Source: an uncultured bacterium
GTDB lineage: Bacteria > Pseudomonadota > Gammaproteobacteria > Burkholderiales > SG8-39
Direction: 5' to 3'
Length of the DNA stretch: 30,117 nt
NCBI GenBank assembly: GCA_963923385.1
Contig: CAWUMP010000001.1
Span: 1 to 30,117, forward strand
Positions 16,522-27,029 of this stretch are shown piece by piece. Below the pieces are notes generated by a model. The model ran no database searches. It worked only from the letters and a program-made list of their open reading frames with translations, and was not told the DNA's origin. Positions within the stretch are counted from its first letter, which is position 1; each line of letters begins with the position of its first letter. Both the position numbers and the translations under genes were made by a program.

Positions 16522-18114
16522 ATGCAAAAAACGCTGATTGTGAGTGCCCTTGCGGCCGCGACACTCGCTTTATCCCCCCTAGCGAATGCACAAGGCACCT
16601 TGCGCATTGGCATGACCGCTGCAGATGTCCCAACCACCACGGGCATGCCCAACAACGGATTCGAAGGCATGCGCTTTTTGGGTTACCCCGTGTTTGAACC
16701 TTTGGTCGCATGGGACCTTTCTAAGGGTGACAAACCTGCAGGATTACGCCCTGGGCTCGCCACCAGCTGGAAGCAAGACGCCAAAGACCCAAGCACCTGG
16801 ATTTTCGCGTTACGCAAAGACGTCAAGTTCCACGATGGCACACCATTTAATGCCGACGTGTTCGTCTGGAACATGGAACGCTACATGAATGACAAGTCCA
16901 AACAGTTTGAACCGCCTGCCGCGGGTTTAATGCGTGCCCGTAATCCCTACATCAAGTCGTATAAAAAAATCGACGACTACACGGTCAGCGTTACCACCAT
17001 TCGTCCGCTGTCTTATTTTCCGATGTTGATGGTGTATCCACTGATGGCCAGTCAAGTAGGCTGGGAAAAAGCAGGTTCATGGGCTGAATTTGCTAAAGCC
17101 CCCGCCGGTACTGGTGGATTCAAAATCGCGCGCTGGACGCCTCGTCAGAGTGCAGAGCTTGAAAAAAATACTGCCTATTGGGATAAAACGCGCATCCCCA
17201 AGCTCGACAAAATTGTCTTGCTTCCGATTCCTGAAGCCAACACGCGTACTGCGGCTTTGCGCTCGGGCCAAGTCGATTGGGTAGAAGCTCCTGCACCCGA
17301 TGCTATTCCTAGCCTCAAGCAAGCGGGCTTCACGATTTCGACGAACTCCTATCCACATTACTGGCCGTGGTTTCTAAACACCACCAAAGCACCGTTCAAC
17401 GACATGCGCGTGCGCCAAGCCATTAACTACTGCGTGGATCGCGAAGCCGTGGTGAAGCTGGTTGGTGGCATGGCCGAACCATCGACGGGATATTTCTCAA
17501 AGAAAAATCCTAACTACGGCGTCCCCGCACAGCAATACAAATACGACCCAGCTAAAGCCAAGCAATTGCTCACCGCTGCAGGTTATCCAGAAGGCAAACG
17601 TATTCCGGTGAAGGTCATGATCTCGACCTCGGGTTCAGGACAGATGCAACCCTTGCCGATGAACGAGCTGGTTCAACAACAAGTTGCATCCTGCGGTTTT
17701 GATGTGAGCTTCGAAGTAGTGGAGTGGGGCTTGGTGCTCAACGCGTGGCGTAATGGCGCACCCTCAAAAGAATCGCGTGGTGTAGATGGCTTAAACATTT
17801 CGAGCCCATCGATGGATATCGCCACCATGGCACGCTACCTGCTGTCTGGCAATGGCGGACCCAACGGCGCCAACTGGGGCCACTTTAAGAGCGAAGCCTA
17901 CGACCGCATCTTGCAACGCATCGAAACTACCAGCGATGCAGGCGAGCTGGCCCGCGGCACCACGCAAGCACATCAGCTGATTGTCGATGAGGCACCGTAT
18001 TTATTCGTGGTACACGACCTGAATCCAGTGGCCTTTACTAAAAAGGTCAAAGGCTTTGTGCAGGCACAGTCGTGGTTCCAGGATTACAGCAAGGTATACA
18101 TCGACAACAAGTAA
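16522..18114 (+). CDS. ABC transporter substrate-binding protein, family 5 (Opp/Dpp/Nik-like), no permease genes adjacent
   Basis: Signal peptide, PGLATSW, LRKDVKFHDGTPFNA, GTGGFK, APFNDMRVRQAINYCVDRE. Start set at ATG 16522 after GGAG (16509-16512) rather than 16471. Confidence 0.92.
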   Translation: MQKTLIVSALAAATLALSPLANAQGTLRIGMTAADVPTTTGMPNNGFEGMRFLGYPVFEPLVAWDLSKGDKPAGLRPGLATSWKQDAKDPSTWIFALRKDVKFHDGTPFNADVFVWNMERYMNDKSKQFEPPAAGLMRARNPYIKSYKKIDDYTVSVTTIRPLSYFPMLMVYPLMASQVGWEKAGSWAEFAKAPAGTGGFKIARWTPRQSAELEKNTAYWDKTRIPKLDKIVLLPIPEANTRTAALRSGQVDWVEAPAPDAIPSLKQAGFTISTNSYPHYWPWFLNTTKAPFNDMRVRQAINYCVDREAVVKLVGGMAEPSTGYFSKKNPNYGVPAQQYKYDPAKAKQLLTAAGYPEGKRIPVKVMISTSGSGQMQPLPMNELVQQQVASCGFDVSFEVVEWGLVLNAWRNGAPSKESRGVDGLNISSPSMDIATMARYLLSGNGGPNGANWGHFKSEAYDRILQRIETTSDAGELARGTTQAHQLIVDEAPYLFVVHDLNPVAFTKKVKGFVQAQSWFQDYSKVYIDNK

Positions 18115-18134
18115 CATCGACTAGGTCGCAACAT

Positions 18135-18170
18135 CACTGCGCCCACGCTGTTACAGGCTTGGGCGCAGTG
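18135..18170. terminator. Stem-loop between convergent genes, possible bidirectional terminator
   Basis: 11-bp inverted repeat CACTGCGCCCA / TGGGCGCAGTG with a 14-nt loop; no strong U-tract on either side. Confidence 0.5.
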
Positions 18171-18214
18171 CGTTGTAGGCTCACTGACGTTACAACGCCG
18201 CCGAATGAGCGTTG

Positions 18215-19627
18215 TTAATGACTGGTGTGGGCGGCGATATACGTTTTAATCGCCGCCACGTCGGCATCCATCACCTCAAAGCGCTGCGCGAGCGCTTCAA
18301 TGTTTTCGTATCCGCTCGGACGATCGGCGTCACGCCCTAACGCCTCACGAATGGTCTCTGAAAACTTTGCCGGTAAGGCGGTCTCAAGACACAGCATCGG
18401 TATACCGGGCTCGCGCTGCTCTAGGGCCACCTTGTAGCCATCGGCCGTGTGCGGATCAATCACGGTTTGATAACGCGCAAACACATCACGAATGGTCTGT
18501 AAGCGTTGGGCGTGCGTACTGCAACCCGACACAAACCCACTGGCGGCCATCTTGTCGCGATAGGCTGTCGAAGACAAATCAAAGTGCCCCGTCGTTTCTA
18601 ACGTGCGCCAGAGCGCGGCGAGCTGTTGTGGGTCACGATCAACTAAGTCGTAGACATAACGCTCAAAGTTTGAGGCCTTTGAAATATCCATCGATGGGCT
18701 TGAGGTGGCATGCACTTCTTGACTACGCCTTGGGCGATAGATACCCGTACGAAAAAATTCATCGAGCACATTGTTTTCGTTGGTGGCGAGTACCAATTTT
18801 CGGATTGGCAAACCCAGCTGACGGGCAATGTGTCCGGCGTAAATGTTGCCGAAATTTCCGGAGGGAACGGCAAACGAGACGCACTGATCGTTGCTTTGCG
18901 TCGCCGCAAAATATCCCTTGAAGTAGTACACCACTTGCGCTGCCACGCGCGCCCAATTAATTGAATTGACCGTGCCAATGTGCTGTTGTGCTTTAAAAGA
19001 CGCATCAGCAGACACCGCCTTCACCATATCTTGGCAATCATCAAAGACCCCGCGCACCGCCACATTAAAAATATTGGCGTCTTGCAACGAAAACATTTGC
19101 GCAGTTTGAAACGCACTCATACGCTGATGTGGCGACAACATGAACACCCGCACGCCCCGCTTCCCACGCATGGCATATTCAGCGGCTGAGCCTGTGTCGC
19201 CCGATGTCGCGCCAAGAATATTTAACTGCGCGCCACGTTTGGCAAGGGTGTGCTCAAAGATGTGCCCTAAAAATTGCATGGCCACATCTTTAAACGCTAA
19301 CGTTGGGCCATTGGAGAGACGCAGCAAATAGAAATCTTTTTCGAGTGCGTGTAGCGGCGTGATGTCATCACTACGAAACACCACCTTGGTGTAGGTGCGC
19401 TCAACTAACGTGCGTAAATCGGCGCTGGGGATATCGTGAATAAAGTAGCCCAACACCGTTGCAGCCAATTCGGCATAGGACATACGACGCATCGCTTGCA
19501 GCGTATCCGCATCGATACTTGGATACGATTGCGGCACATACAACCCGCCATCGGGCGCGAGGCCTTCAAGCAAAATATCGGTAAAGCCAAGCGGCTTACC
19601 GCCGCCGCGTGTGCTGACGTAGTTCAT
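18215..19627 (-). CDS. thrC: Threonine synthase
   Basis: MNYVSTRG, GLAPDGGLYVP, NGPTLAFKD (PLP lysine), GATSGDTGSAA, NSINWAR, PSGNFGN, ETALPAKF. Confidence 0.97.
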   Translation of the reverse strand: MNYVSTRGGGKPLGFTDILLEGLAPDGGLYVPQSYPSIDADTLQAMRRMSYAELAATVLGYFIHDIPSADLRTLVERTYTKVVFRSDDITPLHALEKDFYLLRLSNGPTLAFKDVAMQFLGHIFEHTLAKRGAQLNILGATSGDTGSAAEYAMRGKRGVRVFMLSPHQRMSAFQTAQMFSLQDANIFNVAVRGVFDDCQDMVKAVSADASFKAQQHIGTVNSINWARVAAQVVYYFKGYFAATQSNDQCVSFAVPSGNFGNIYAGHIARQLGLPIRKLVLATNENNVLDEFFRTGIYRPRRSQEVHATSSPSMDISKASNFERYVYDLVDRDPQQLAALWRTLETTGHFDLSSTAYRDKMAASGFVSGCSTHAQRLQTIRDVFARYQTVIDPHTADGYKVALEQREPGIPMLCLETALPAKFSETIREALGRDADRPSGYENIEALAQRFEVMDADVAAIKTYIAAHTSH

Positions 19628-19652
19628 GAACGTTGACCTAACTTGTGTGCGT

Positions 19653-20963
19653 TTACAGCAGTTCTTCCATACGAATCCGCGTGACCTGACCCACTACGGT
19701 GGCCAAACGCTCAATGCGGGCAATCGCAGTATCGACATTTTTTTCGATCGCTTGATGCGTGAGCAACACGATATCCACGTGCACCTCTCCTTCAGCAGGC
19801 TCTTTTTGCACCATGGCGCCAATCGAGATACGGGCCGCCGCAAGAATGCGTGTGATATCCGCTAACACGCCAGGGCGATCCACCACACGCATCCGCAAGT
19901 AATAGGAGGTTTGCACCTCACCCATCGGCAGGATAGGCGTGCTCGACAATTGATCTGGTTGAAATGCCAGATGCGGCACACGATGCTCAGGGTCCGCGGT
20001 AATTAATCGCGTTACATCGACCAAATCAGCAACCACTGCGCTGGCCGTCGGCTGGCTGCCCGCACCCGCGCCGTAATACATGGTCGCGCCCACTGCATCA
20101 CCTTTAGCAAGCACCGCGTTCATTACGCCCTCGACATTGGCGATCAAGCGCGAAGCAGGGACGAGCGTCGGATGCACACGCAACTCGATACCTTTTTTTG
20201 CTCGCCGCGTGATACCGAGCAACTTAATCCGATAGCCCAGCGCTTCAGCATATTCGATGTCTTTACGCGTAAGTTTAGAAATACCTTCGGTGTAAGCCTT
20301 CTCAAATTGCATGGGGATGCCAAACGCAATCGCCGAAATAATGGTGAGCTTATGCGCCGCGTCGATGCCTTCGATATCAAAAGTCGGATCAGCCTCAGCA
20401 TAGCCTTTTTGCTGCGCTTGGCCGAGCACGGTCTCAAAGGGCAAACCCTTATCGCGCATTTCGGAAAGAATAAAATTTGAAGTGCCATTGATGATGCCGG
20501 CAATCCACTCAATGCGATTGGCCGATAAACCTTCGCGTAGCGCCTTGATCACCGGAATACCACCGGCCACCGCCGCCTCAAAGGCCACCATCACGCCCTT
20601 TTTTTGCGCCGCTGAAAAGATGGCGTTACCGTGTTTAGCGAGTAGTGCTTTATTGGCCGTGACGACATGCTTACCGTGACGAATCGCCTCCATTACCAAG
20701 GTGCGCGCTACACGATCGCCACCGATCAGTTCGACGACAATATCCACATCGGGCGAACACACCACTTGCATGGCATCGGCAGTCACCTTGACCTTGCCAC
20801 CCGTGATTTTTTTAGCGTGCGCCACCTCGCGATCGGCCACCATGGTGATGCGAATCGGGCGACCGGCACGACGCCGAATTTCGCTGGCGTTACGTTGCAA
20901 CACATCCCAGGTGCCACGACCTACTGTACCAATGCCCAACAAACCAACGCGTATGGGTTTCAT
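19653..20963 (-). CDS. hom: Homoserine dehydrogenase with C-terminal ACT domain
   Basis: [66 protein letters not shown]. Confidence 0.97.
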   Translation of the reverse strand: MKPIRVGLLGIGTVGRGTWDVLQRNASEIRRRAGRPIRITMVADREVAHAKKITGGKVKVTADAMQVVCSPDVDIVVELIGGDRVARTLVMEAIRHGKHVVTANKALLAKHGNAIFSAAQKKGVMVAFEAAVAGGIPVIKALREGLSANRIEWIAGIINGTSNFILSEMRDKGLPFETVLGQAQQKGYAEADPTFDIEGIDAAHKLTIISAIAFGIPMQFEKAYTEGISKLTRKDIEYAEALGYRIKLLGITRRAKKGIELRVHPTLVPASRLIANVEGVMNAVLAKGDAVGATMYYGAGAGSQPTASAVVADLVDVTRLITADPEHRVPHLAFQPDQLSSTPILPMGEVQTSYYLRMRVVDRPGVLADITRILAAARISIGAMVQKEPAEGEVHVDIVLLTHQAIEKNVDTAIARIERLATVVGQVTRIRMEELL

Positions 20964-22144
20964 ATCAAACCATCCTTACGAAACATTTCTTTAATGCCGC
21001 GCACTGCTTGGCGCAACCGATGTTCATTTTCGATTAACGCAATCCGCACATGATCATCACCATAGTCACCAAAGCCCACGCCGGGTGAAACCGCGATCTT
21101 GGCTTCGTTGAGTAACTTCTTGGCAAATTCAAGCGAGCCCATCTTGGCGTAGGGTTCCGGAATTTTTGCCCAGACATACATCGATGCCTTGGGGTTCTCG
21201 ACCATCCAGCCAGCGTCGTGTAAGCCATGCACCATCACGTCGCGACGCTTTTGATACTTCATGCGAATTTCTTCGACGCACTCTTGCGGCCCATCTAAAG
21301 CAATAATGGACGCCACTTGAATCGGCGCAAAGGTGCCGTAATCGTGATAACTCTTGATGCGCGCGAGCGCAGAGACGAGCGCTTCATTGCCGACCATGAA
21401 GCCCACTCGCCAACCGGCCATGTTGTAGCTTTTCGACATGGTAAAAAATTCGACTGCCACATCCCGCGCACCTGGCACTTGCATGATCGATGGTGCTTTG
21501 TAGTCATCAAACACAATATCGGCGTAGGCCAAATCATGCACCACCAAAATGTTGTGCGCTTTGGCTAGCGCCACTACTTTTTCGAAGAATTCAAGCTCGA
21601 CACATTGCGCCGTCGGGTTGGATGGAAAGCCAATGATCAACATCTTGGGCTTCGGAATCAGCTCACGAATCGCGCGCTCGGCTTCGGCAAAAAAATCGAC
21701 ACCTGGCGTCATCTGCACCGAACGAATATCTGCACCCGCAATGATGGCGCCGTAAATATGAATCGGGTACGAAGGATTCGGTACCAACACCGTGTCGCCC
21801 GCATCTAATGTAGCGAGCATCAAATGCGCCAAACCCTCTTTGGATCCAATCGTGACAATTGCTTCAGTATCTGGATTAAAGCTCACCGCGTAACGACGCT
21901 GATACCAATCGCAAATCGCGCGACGCAGGCGTGGAATGCCTTTAGACACCGAGTAACCGTGCGTGTCCTCGCGCTGCGCCGCTTCGACCAGCTTTTGCAC
22001 GATGTGCGGTGGCGTGGGTCCGTCTGGATTACCCATCGACAGATCGATGATGTCCTCACCACGCCGACGCGCAGCCATTTTTAATTCCGCCGTGATGTTG
22101 AACACGTACGGTGGCAATCGTTTGATGCGTGCAAACTCTCTCAT
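20960..22144 (-). CDS. alaC: PLP-dependent class I aminotransferase, AlaC-like
   Basis: [56 protein letters not shown]; 4-bp overlap with hom. Confidence 0.92.
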   Translation of the reverse strand: MREFARIKRLPPYVFNITAELKMAARRRGEDIIDLSMGNPDGPTPPHIVQKLVEAAQREDTHGYSVSKGIPRLRRAICDWYQRRYAVSFNPDTEAIVTIGSKEGLAHLMLATLDAGDTVLVPNPSYPIHIYGAIIAGADIRSVQMTPGVDFFAEAERAIRELIPKPKMLIIGFPSNPTAQCVELEFFEKVVALAKAHNILVVHDLAYADIVFDDYKAPSIMQVPGARDVAVEFFTMSKSYNMAGWRVGFMVGNEALVSALARIKSYHDYGTFAPIQVASIIALDGPQECVEEIRMKYQKRRDVMVHGLHDAGWMVENPKASMYVWAKIPEPYAKMGSLEFAKKLLNEAKIAVSPGVGFGDYGDDHVRIALIENEHRLRQAVRGIKEMFRKDGLI

Positions 22145-22200
22145 GGGAATTGTTTTCCGCTTGTGATGCGGCTAGCCGAGATAGCCGGTGACCAAAAGGT

Positions 22201-22206
22201 TACAAT
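22201..22206 (+). promoter_or_regulatory. Candidate sigma70 -10 element (TACAAT) for the arn operon
   Basis: TACAAT in the divergent alaC/arnT region; a TAGCCG direct repeat with 10-bp period lies upstream (22172-22177, 22182-22187). No clear -35. Confidence 0.3.
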
Positions 22207-22265
22207 TTTACGCGAGCTTCGCTGCTCACCGACACACTTTGCTGCAATCTCTGACGGAACTACCT

Positions 22266-23927
22266 TTGAATTTTTCTTCTAATCCCGCGCCATCGACCTG
22301 GCCACGATCAGTTTTACTGCTCATCGCCGGCCTATTTACGTGGGTTTGGTTGGCGGCGCTGGGTGGGCGGGGCTTATTTAGCCCAGATGAAGGGCGCTAT
22401 GCCGAAATCGCCCGCGAAATGCTCGCGCGCGGAGACTGGATTTTGCCGCATCTCAACGCCTACCCCTACTTTGAAAAACCGCCGTTGCAGTATTGGGCAA
22501 CCGCCACCGCTTTTCAATGGTTTGGTACGCACGATTGGAGCGCGCGTTTGTGGACGGGCCTCTGTGGCTTACTCACGGTGTTTGCATGTGCTTGGACTGG
22601 CCAGGTACTGTTTGATCGTCAGCGTGGCATCGTCGCTGCGTTGGTGCTTGGCAGTAGTTTGCTTTGGTACTACTTAGGTCATTACGCAACGCTCGATATG
22701 GGGGTGGCTGCGATGCTCAGCGGCGCAGTGTTTGCGTTTATTTATGCACAACACGATCGCGCTTCATTGAATGCACAACGCATTGGCATGTATGTGGCTT
22801 GGGCCTGTGCGGCATTGGCAGTGCTGTCAAAAGGACTGATTGGCATCGTGCTGCCGCTGGGCACCTTGGCCGCTTATGTGCTTTGGCAGCGGGATTGGGC
22901 TCGATTAAAAAAATTACATTTGCGCTGGGGATTGGTCATCTTCTTTTGTATGACTGCACCGTGGTTTATCGCCGCCAGTGCGCAACATGCGCAGTTCGCG
23001 CAGTTTTTCTTTGTGCACGAGCATTGGACGCGGTTTGTCACCACCTCGCATGGACGCAGCGCGCCGGGATGGTATTTCATCCCTGTGATTTTGATTGGCC
23101 TAGCGCCCTGGACCTTTGCGCTACCCGGCGCCCTTGCGCGCGCTTTGCACCGCACCACAACGCAGTTTCAACCACAACGCTTTCTATTGACTTGGATCGT
23201 GGTGGTGTTTAGTTTTTTTTCGCTCTCAGGCTCAAAGCTACCTTCGTACGTGTTGCCAATCTTTCCTGCCGCTGCATTGCTGATTGCGGATTGGCTTTGC
23301 GTTAGTCGTCGTCGCCGAATTTTTTGGATTTGCGCGAGCACCGCGTTCGCGGCCGCGTGTTTGTATGCGGTTGCTGAACCGTGGCTCGCCAGTGATTCCA
23401 ATCCAGCGCATGTGGCCGCCTTTATGCCGTGGATGCACCCAGCGACGCTCGCACTCACCCTCTGCGCAGGCCTTGCTGCAGGGTTTGCGTGGTGGGCTAA
23501 ACCAGCGATAGCGCAAACCTTGCTTGCCGTCGGTGGCGTGGCCTTTGTTCAGCTCTTGTTGGTCGGCTACACAGCACTGGCCCCTGTATACTCTGCCCGC
23601 GATGTGGTGGCACAAATGACTGCCCAACCCTCGCCCCCTGCCGCTTCGGACACGCTCTATCTCGTGGATACCTTCGACCACGCATTTCTTTTTTACGCCA
23701 ATCGCACCGGAATCATGGTCGGTTATCGCGATGAGTTGGTACAACCCATTCAATGGGCACCCGGCGCTTATTTACCCTCGGTAAGTGCCTTCGAGCGCGT
23801 ATGGCAAAACGAACAAAACGCCATCGCGCTGATGCGCCCGTCGATGTATACCGAATTACAAGCACGCGGTTTACCGATGCGTGAACTTGCACGCGATGTG
23901 CGTCGTGTGGTGGTGTCACGTCAATGA
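22266..23927 (+). CDS. arnT: Ara4N transferase ArnT (GT39/PMT-like membrane glycosyltransferase)
   Basis: PDEGRYAEIAREM, YFEKPPL, WSARL, LSKGLIG, FFVHEHW, SGSKLPSYVLP; first gene of the arn cluster. Start uncertain (GTG 22188 or TTG 22266 after GACGGA). Confidence 0.9.
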   Translation: MNFSSNPAPSTWPRSVLLLIAGLFTWVWLAALGGRGLFSPDEGRYAEIAREMLARGDWILPHLNAYPYFEKPPLQYWATATAFQWFGTHDWSARLWTGLCGLLTVFACAWTGQVLFDRQRGIVAALVLGSSLLWYYLGHYATLDMGVAAMLSGAVFAFIYAQHDRASLNAQRIGMYVAWACAALAVLSKGLIGIVLPLGTLAAYVLWQRDWARLKKLHLRWGLVIFFCMTAPWFIAASAQHAQFAQFFFVHEHWTRFVTTSHGRSAPGWYFIPVILIGLAPWTFALPGALARALHRTTTQFQPQRFLLTWIVVVFSFFSLSGSKLPSYVLPIFPAAALLIADWLCVSRRRRIFWICASTAFAAACLYAVAEPWLASDSNPAHVAAFMPWMHPATLALTLCAGLAAGFAWWAKPAIAQTLLAVGGVAFVQLLLVGYTALAPVYSARDVVAQMTAQPSPPAASDTLYLVDTFDHAFLFYANRTGIMVGYRDELVQPIQWAPGAYLPSVSAFERVWQNEQNAIALMRPSMYTELQARGLPMRELARDVRRVVVSRQ

Positions 23928-25075
23928 GCCAATCGCCCGCAGCGTTTCTGCCCTTCACCCGCCCGAGTATCGACGAAGCGACCATCGCTGGAGTGGTGGA
24001 CGTGTTGCGCTCCGGATGGTTGACCAGCGGCCCGCAGATGCGCGCGTTCGAAGCGCGTCTGAGTGATTATTTTGGTGGGCGCGCCGTGTGCAGTTTGGTT
24101 TCGGGAACGGGGGCCCTCGAACTCGCACTCACCGTCATTGGCGCGGGCCCTGGCGATGAAATTATCACCACCCCACTTTCTTGGGTCGCCACCGCCAATG
24201 TGATCGTACGCGCTGGTGCCAAACCCGTCTTTGTGGATATCGATCCTGTGACGCGCAACATCGATCCCGCTCGTATCGAAGCCGCCATGACACCACGCAC
24301 CAAAGCAATTCTTGCTGTCGATATGGCAGGGCTACCGTTTGATCGATCACAGGTCTATGCCATCGCAAAAAAACATGGCGTACGGGTGATTGAAGATGCC
24401 GCGCAAAGCTTGGGTGCGCAATGGAACGGTCAACGCATTGGCAGCATGGGTGACATCACGTGTTTTTCTTTTCATGCCAATAAAAATCTCACCACTGCAG
24501 AAGGCGGCTGTATCGTCCTGAGTGATCCTGATGAAGCCGCGCGGTGTGTACGCTTGCGCTTGCAAGGCGTTACACGACTTGAAGGCGGTGAACAAGAAGT
24601 CGAAGAAGCAGGCGCCAAACTCAACCTCACTGACGTTGCTGCGCGTATTGGTTTAGGACAGCTCGATCAGCTTGAGGCATTCAACGCGCAGCGCCACATC
24701 TTAGCCAAACGCTACTTTCAACGATTGGATCGCACGCTGGGTTGCACGCTACCGCTGGAAGATTTCAGCAACACCAATTGGCATATGTTTCAAATCTTGC
24801 TGCCACTGGCCAATTTGCGTGCGAGCCGCGCCGAGGTCATGCAAGCCTTGCACAATCTGGGGATCGGTACCGGTGTGCACTATCCGGCAATGCATTTATT
24901 CAAGCTGTATCGCGCCCAAGGTTGGCGTGAGGGCGATTTTCCACATGCAGAAGCGGTGGGACGCAGCACCCTGACCTTACCGTTGTTTCCTGCGATGCAA
25001 CCACAAGATGTCGATCGCGTGTGTCACGCGCTCAGCACTGTCCTTCGTCCCCTAATGATTGCACCTGCCGCATGA
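23924..25075 (+). CDS. arnB: UDP-Ara4O aminotransferase ArnB (DegT/DnrJ family)
   Basis: FLPFTRP, SGWLTSGP, IEDAAQS, FSFHANKNLTTAEGG, GVHYP; ATGA overlaps on both sides; arn context. Confidence 0.9.
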   Translation: MSQSPAAFLPFTRPSIDEATIAGVVDVLRSGWLTSGPQMRAFEARLSDYFGGRAVCSLVSGTGALELALTVIGAGPGDEIITTPLSWVATANVIVRAGAKPVFVDIDPVTRNIDPARIEAAMTPRTKAILAVDMAGLPFDRSQVYAIAKKHGVRVIEDAAQSLGAQWNGQRIGSMGDITCFSFHANKNLTTAEGGCIVLSDPDEAARCVRLRLQGVTRLEGGEQEVEEAGAKLNLTDVAARIGLGQLDQLEAFNAQRHILAKRYFQRLDRTLGCTLPLEDFSNTNWHMFQILLPLANLRASRAEVMQALHNLGIGTGVHYPAMHLFKLYRAQGWREGDFPHAEAVGRSTLTLPLFPAMQPQDVDRVCHALSTVLRPLMIAPAA

Positions 25076-26028
25076 GCACACCCCACGTTTCGATCATTAT
25101 TCCGGTTTACAACGAAGCCGCTGTCTTGCCTGCGTTGTTTGCGCGACTCTATCCAGCACTGGATGCGCTTCAAAAAAGCTATGAAGTTATTTTTATCAAT
25201 GACGGTAGCCGCGACCGGTCTGCCGCACTCTTACGCGAACAATTTCAAGCACGTCCAGACGTGACGCGAGTGATTTTATTCAATGGCAATTTTGGTCAGC
25301 ACATGGCCATTGTGGCGGGCTTTGAACGCGCACGTGGTGAGCAGATCGTGACACTCGATGCCGATTTACAAAACCCACCAGAAGAAATTGGAAAGTTACT
25401 CACACAGCTGGATGCGGGTCACGATTATGTTGGTGGCGTGCGTGCCGCGCGCCAAGACACAGCGTTTCGTCGCTGGGCCTCGTATTTAATGAATCGTATT
25501 CGCGAACGTACCACGCACATTCGTATGACCGACCAAGGCTGCATGTTGCGCGCTTACAGTCGCAGCGTTGTTGATGCCATTAATTTATGTCGCGAATCGA
25601 ACACCTACATCCCGGCATTGGCTTATACCTTTGCGCTGCATCCGGTTGAAATTTCTGTGGCGCATGCTGAGCGTGCAGCGGGCGAATCAAAATATTCGTT
25701 GTACAGTCTTGCACGATTAAACTTTGATTTAATGACGGGGTTTTCGCTAGCGCCACTGCAGCTGTTTTCGTTGCTCGGTATGTTGGTATCGGTCGGTTCA
25801 GTGTGTTTGTATTTAGTCATCATGCTGCAACGCTGGGTCGTGTCTGGCAGTTTCATGGAAGGTTTGCGCACTATCTGGGATCGCGACATCCTGCAATTCT
25901 TTTTAATTGGACTGGTGTTATTTGGCCTTGGGTTGCTCGGCGAATATATCGGTCGAATTTACGAACAAGTACGCCAACGTCCACGCTATCTTGTGCAAGG
26001 GGTCCTTGAGCGACATGCCGATGACTGA
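25072..26028 (+). CDS. arnC: Undecaprenyl-phosphate Ara4FN transferase ArnC (GT2)
   Basis: SIIIPVYNE, INDGSRD, NFGQHMA, TLDADLQNPPEEI, DQGCMLRAY, two C-terminal TM segments, GEYIGRIY. Start at ATG 25072. Confidence 0.92.
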   Translation: MSTPHVSIIIPVYNEAAVLPALFARLYPALDALQKSYEVIFINDGSRDRSAALLREQFQARPDVTRVILFNGNFGQHMAIVAGFERARGEQIVTLDADLQNPPEEIGKLLTQLDAGHDYVGGVRAARQDTAFRRWASYLMNRIRERTTHIRMTDQGCMLRAYSRSVVDAINLCRESNTYIPALAYTFALHPVEISVAHAERAAGESKYSLYSLARLNFDLMTGFSLAPLQLFSLLGMLVSVGSVCLYLVIMLQRWVVSGSFMEGLRTIWDRDILQFFLIGLVLFGLGLLGEYIGRIYEQVRQRPRYLVQGVLERHADD

Positions 26029-27016
26029 CCCTGTGCGCAGCCGCCGTGCGCGCGCGGTTGTGTTTGCGTATCACAACGTTGGCGTGCATTGTTTATACAG
26101 CCTACTGGCACACGATGTTGAGGTTGCCTTGGTGGTCACACACCCAGATGACCCCAACGAAAACCAATGGTTTGCCAGCGTAGGTGAGCTTGCCAAAGAA
26201 CATCACCTGCCCGTGCTATATGTCGAGGATGCGCAATCGGCGCAACTACGCGCACAAATCCTAGCGATCGCGCCTGATTTTATTTTTTCATTTTATTTTC
26301 GTCGCATGCTACCCACCGCGCTATTAGCGCTGGCTACACGGGGCGCGTTGAACATGCACGGTGCGTTGCTACCCAAATACCGTGGACGCGCTCCGGTGAA
26401 TTGGGCCGTGATTCACGGCGAAACTGAAACCGGCGCAACCCTGCATTACATGACGGCCAAACCTGACGCGGGTGATATTGTTGGCCAAGAACGCGTCACG
26501 ATTCTTCCAGACGAAACCGCCGGTGAAGTGTTCGATAAAGTCACCTTCGCAGCGCAAGCACTCATGCAACGCGTGTTACCAGATCTACTCAAGGGCACCG
26601 CCCAAGCACAAGCACAAGATCTTTCGCAAGGCAGTTATTTTGGTGGGCGTCGCCCAGAAGATGGACAGATCGACTGGTCGGCGGATGCGCACACCATCCA
26701 CAATCTTGTGCGCGGGGTTGCGCCACCCTACCCCGGGGCTTTTACCGAAGTACGCGGGCTACATCTGCGGGTGTTACGCACGCGGCTAGAACCGCAAAGT
26801 AGCCCAGCCACAGACGCACCCGCGCTTTATGTGCAAGGCGATGCTTGCTTTGTGGACTGCCTGCAAGGTGGTCGACTACGTCTGCTAGACCTCGAAATTG
26901 ACGGTAAATCAGCCAATGCGGCTCAGTTCGCGTTACGCTTCGGGTCTGAACGCATTGCACTCGGGTCCGCGCCCACCGACAAGGCAAATACCATTCCCTC
27001 TTCTATCCAGACTTAA
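26021..27016 (+). CDS. arnA: UDP-Ara4N formyltransferase, stand-alone N-terminal ArnA domain
   Basis: VVFAYHNVG, FSFYFR, NMHGALLPKYRGRAPVNW, DAGDIV, YFGGRRPEDG, NLVRGVAPPYPGAF; own TAA stop. Start 26021 (or 26015). Confidence 0.9.
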   Translation: MTDPVRSRRARAVVFAYHNVGVHCLYSLLAHDVEVALVVTHPDDPNENQWFASVGELAKEHHLPVLYVEDAQSAQLRAQILAIAPDFIFSFYFRRMLPTALLALATRGALNMHGALLPKYRGRAPVNWAVIHGETETGATLHYMTAKPDAGDIVGQERVTILPDETAGEVFDKVTFAAQALMQRVLPDLLKGTAQAQAQDLSQGSYFGGRRPEDGQIDWSADAHTIHNLVRGVAPPYPGAFTEVRGLHLRVLRTRLEPQSSPATDAPALYVQGDACFVDCLQGGRLRLLDLEIDGKSANAAQFALRFGSERIALGSAPTDKANTIPSSIQT

Positions 27017-27029
27017 ACAATTACCGCTC

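Noticed and set aside
18367-18921. 184-aa plus-strand ORF and other ORFs opposite thrC, hom and alaC
   Set aside because: Antisense to conserved housekeeping genes, with no family motifs.
25907-27029. ORF-track N-terminal extensions of arn genes (25021, 25907, 26898, 28844, 29346) suggesting long overlaps or fusions
   Set aside because: Downstream ATGs (25072, 26021, 27030, 28985, 29364) coincide with the start of family homology and give normal short overlaps or gaps.
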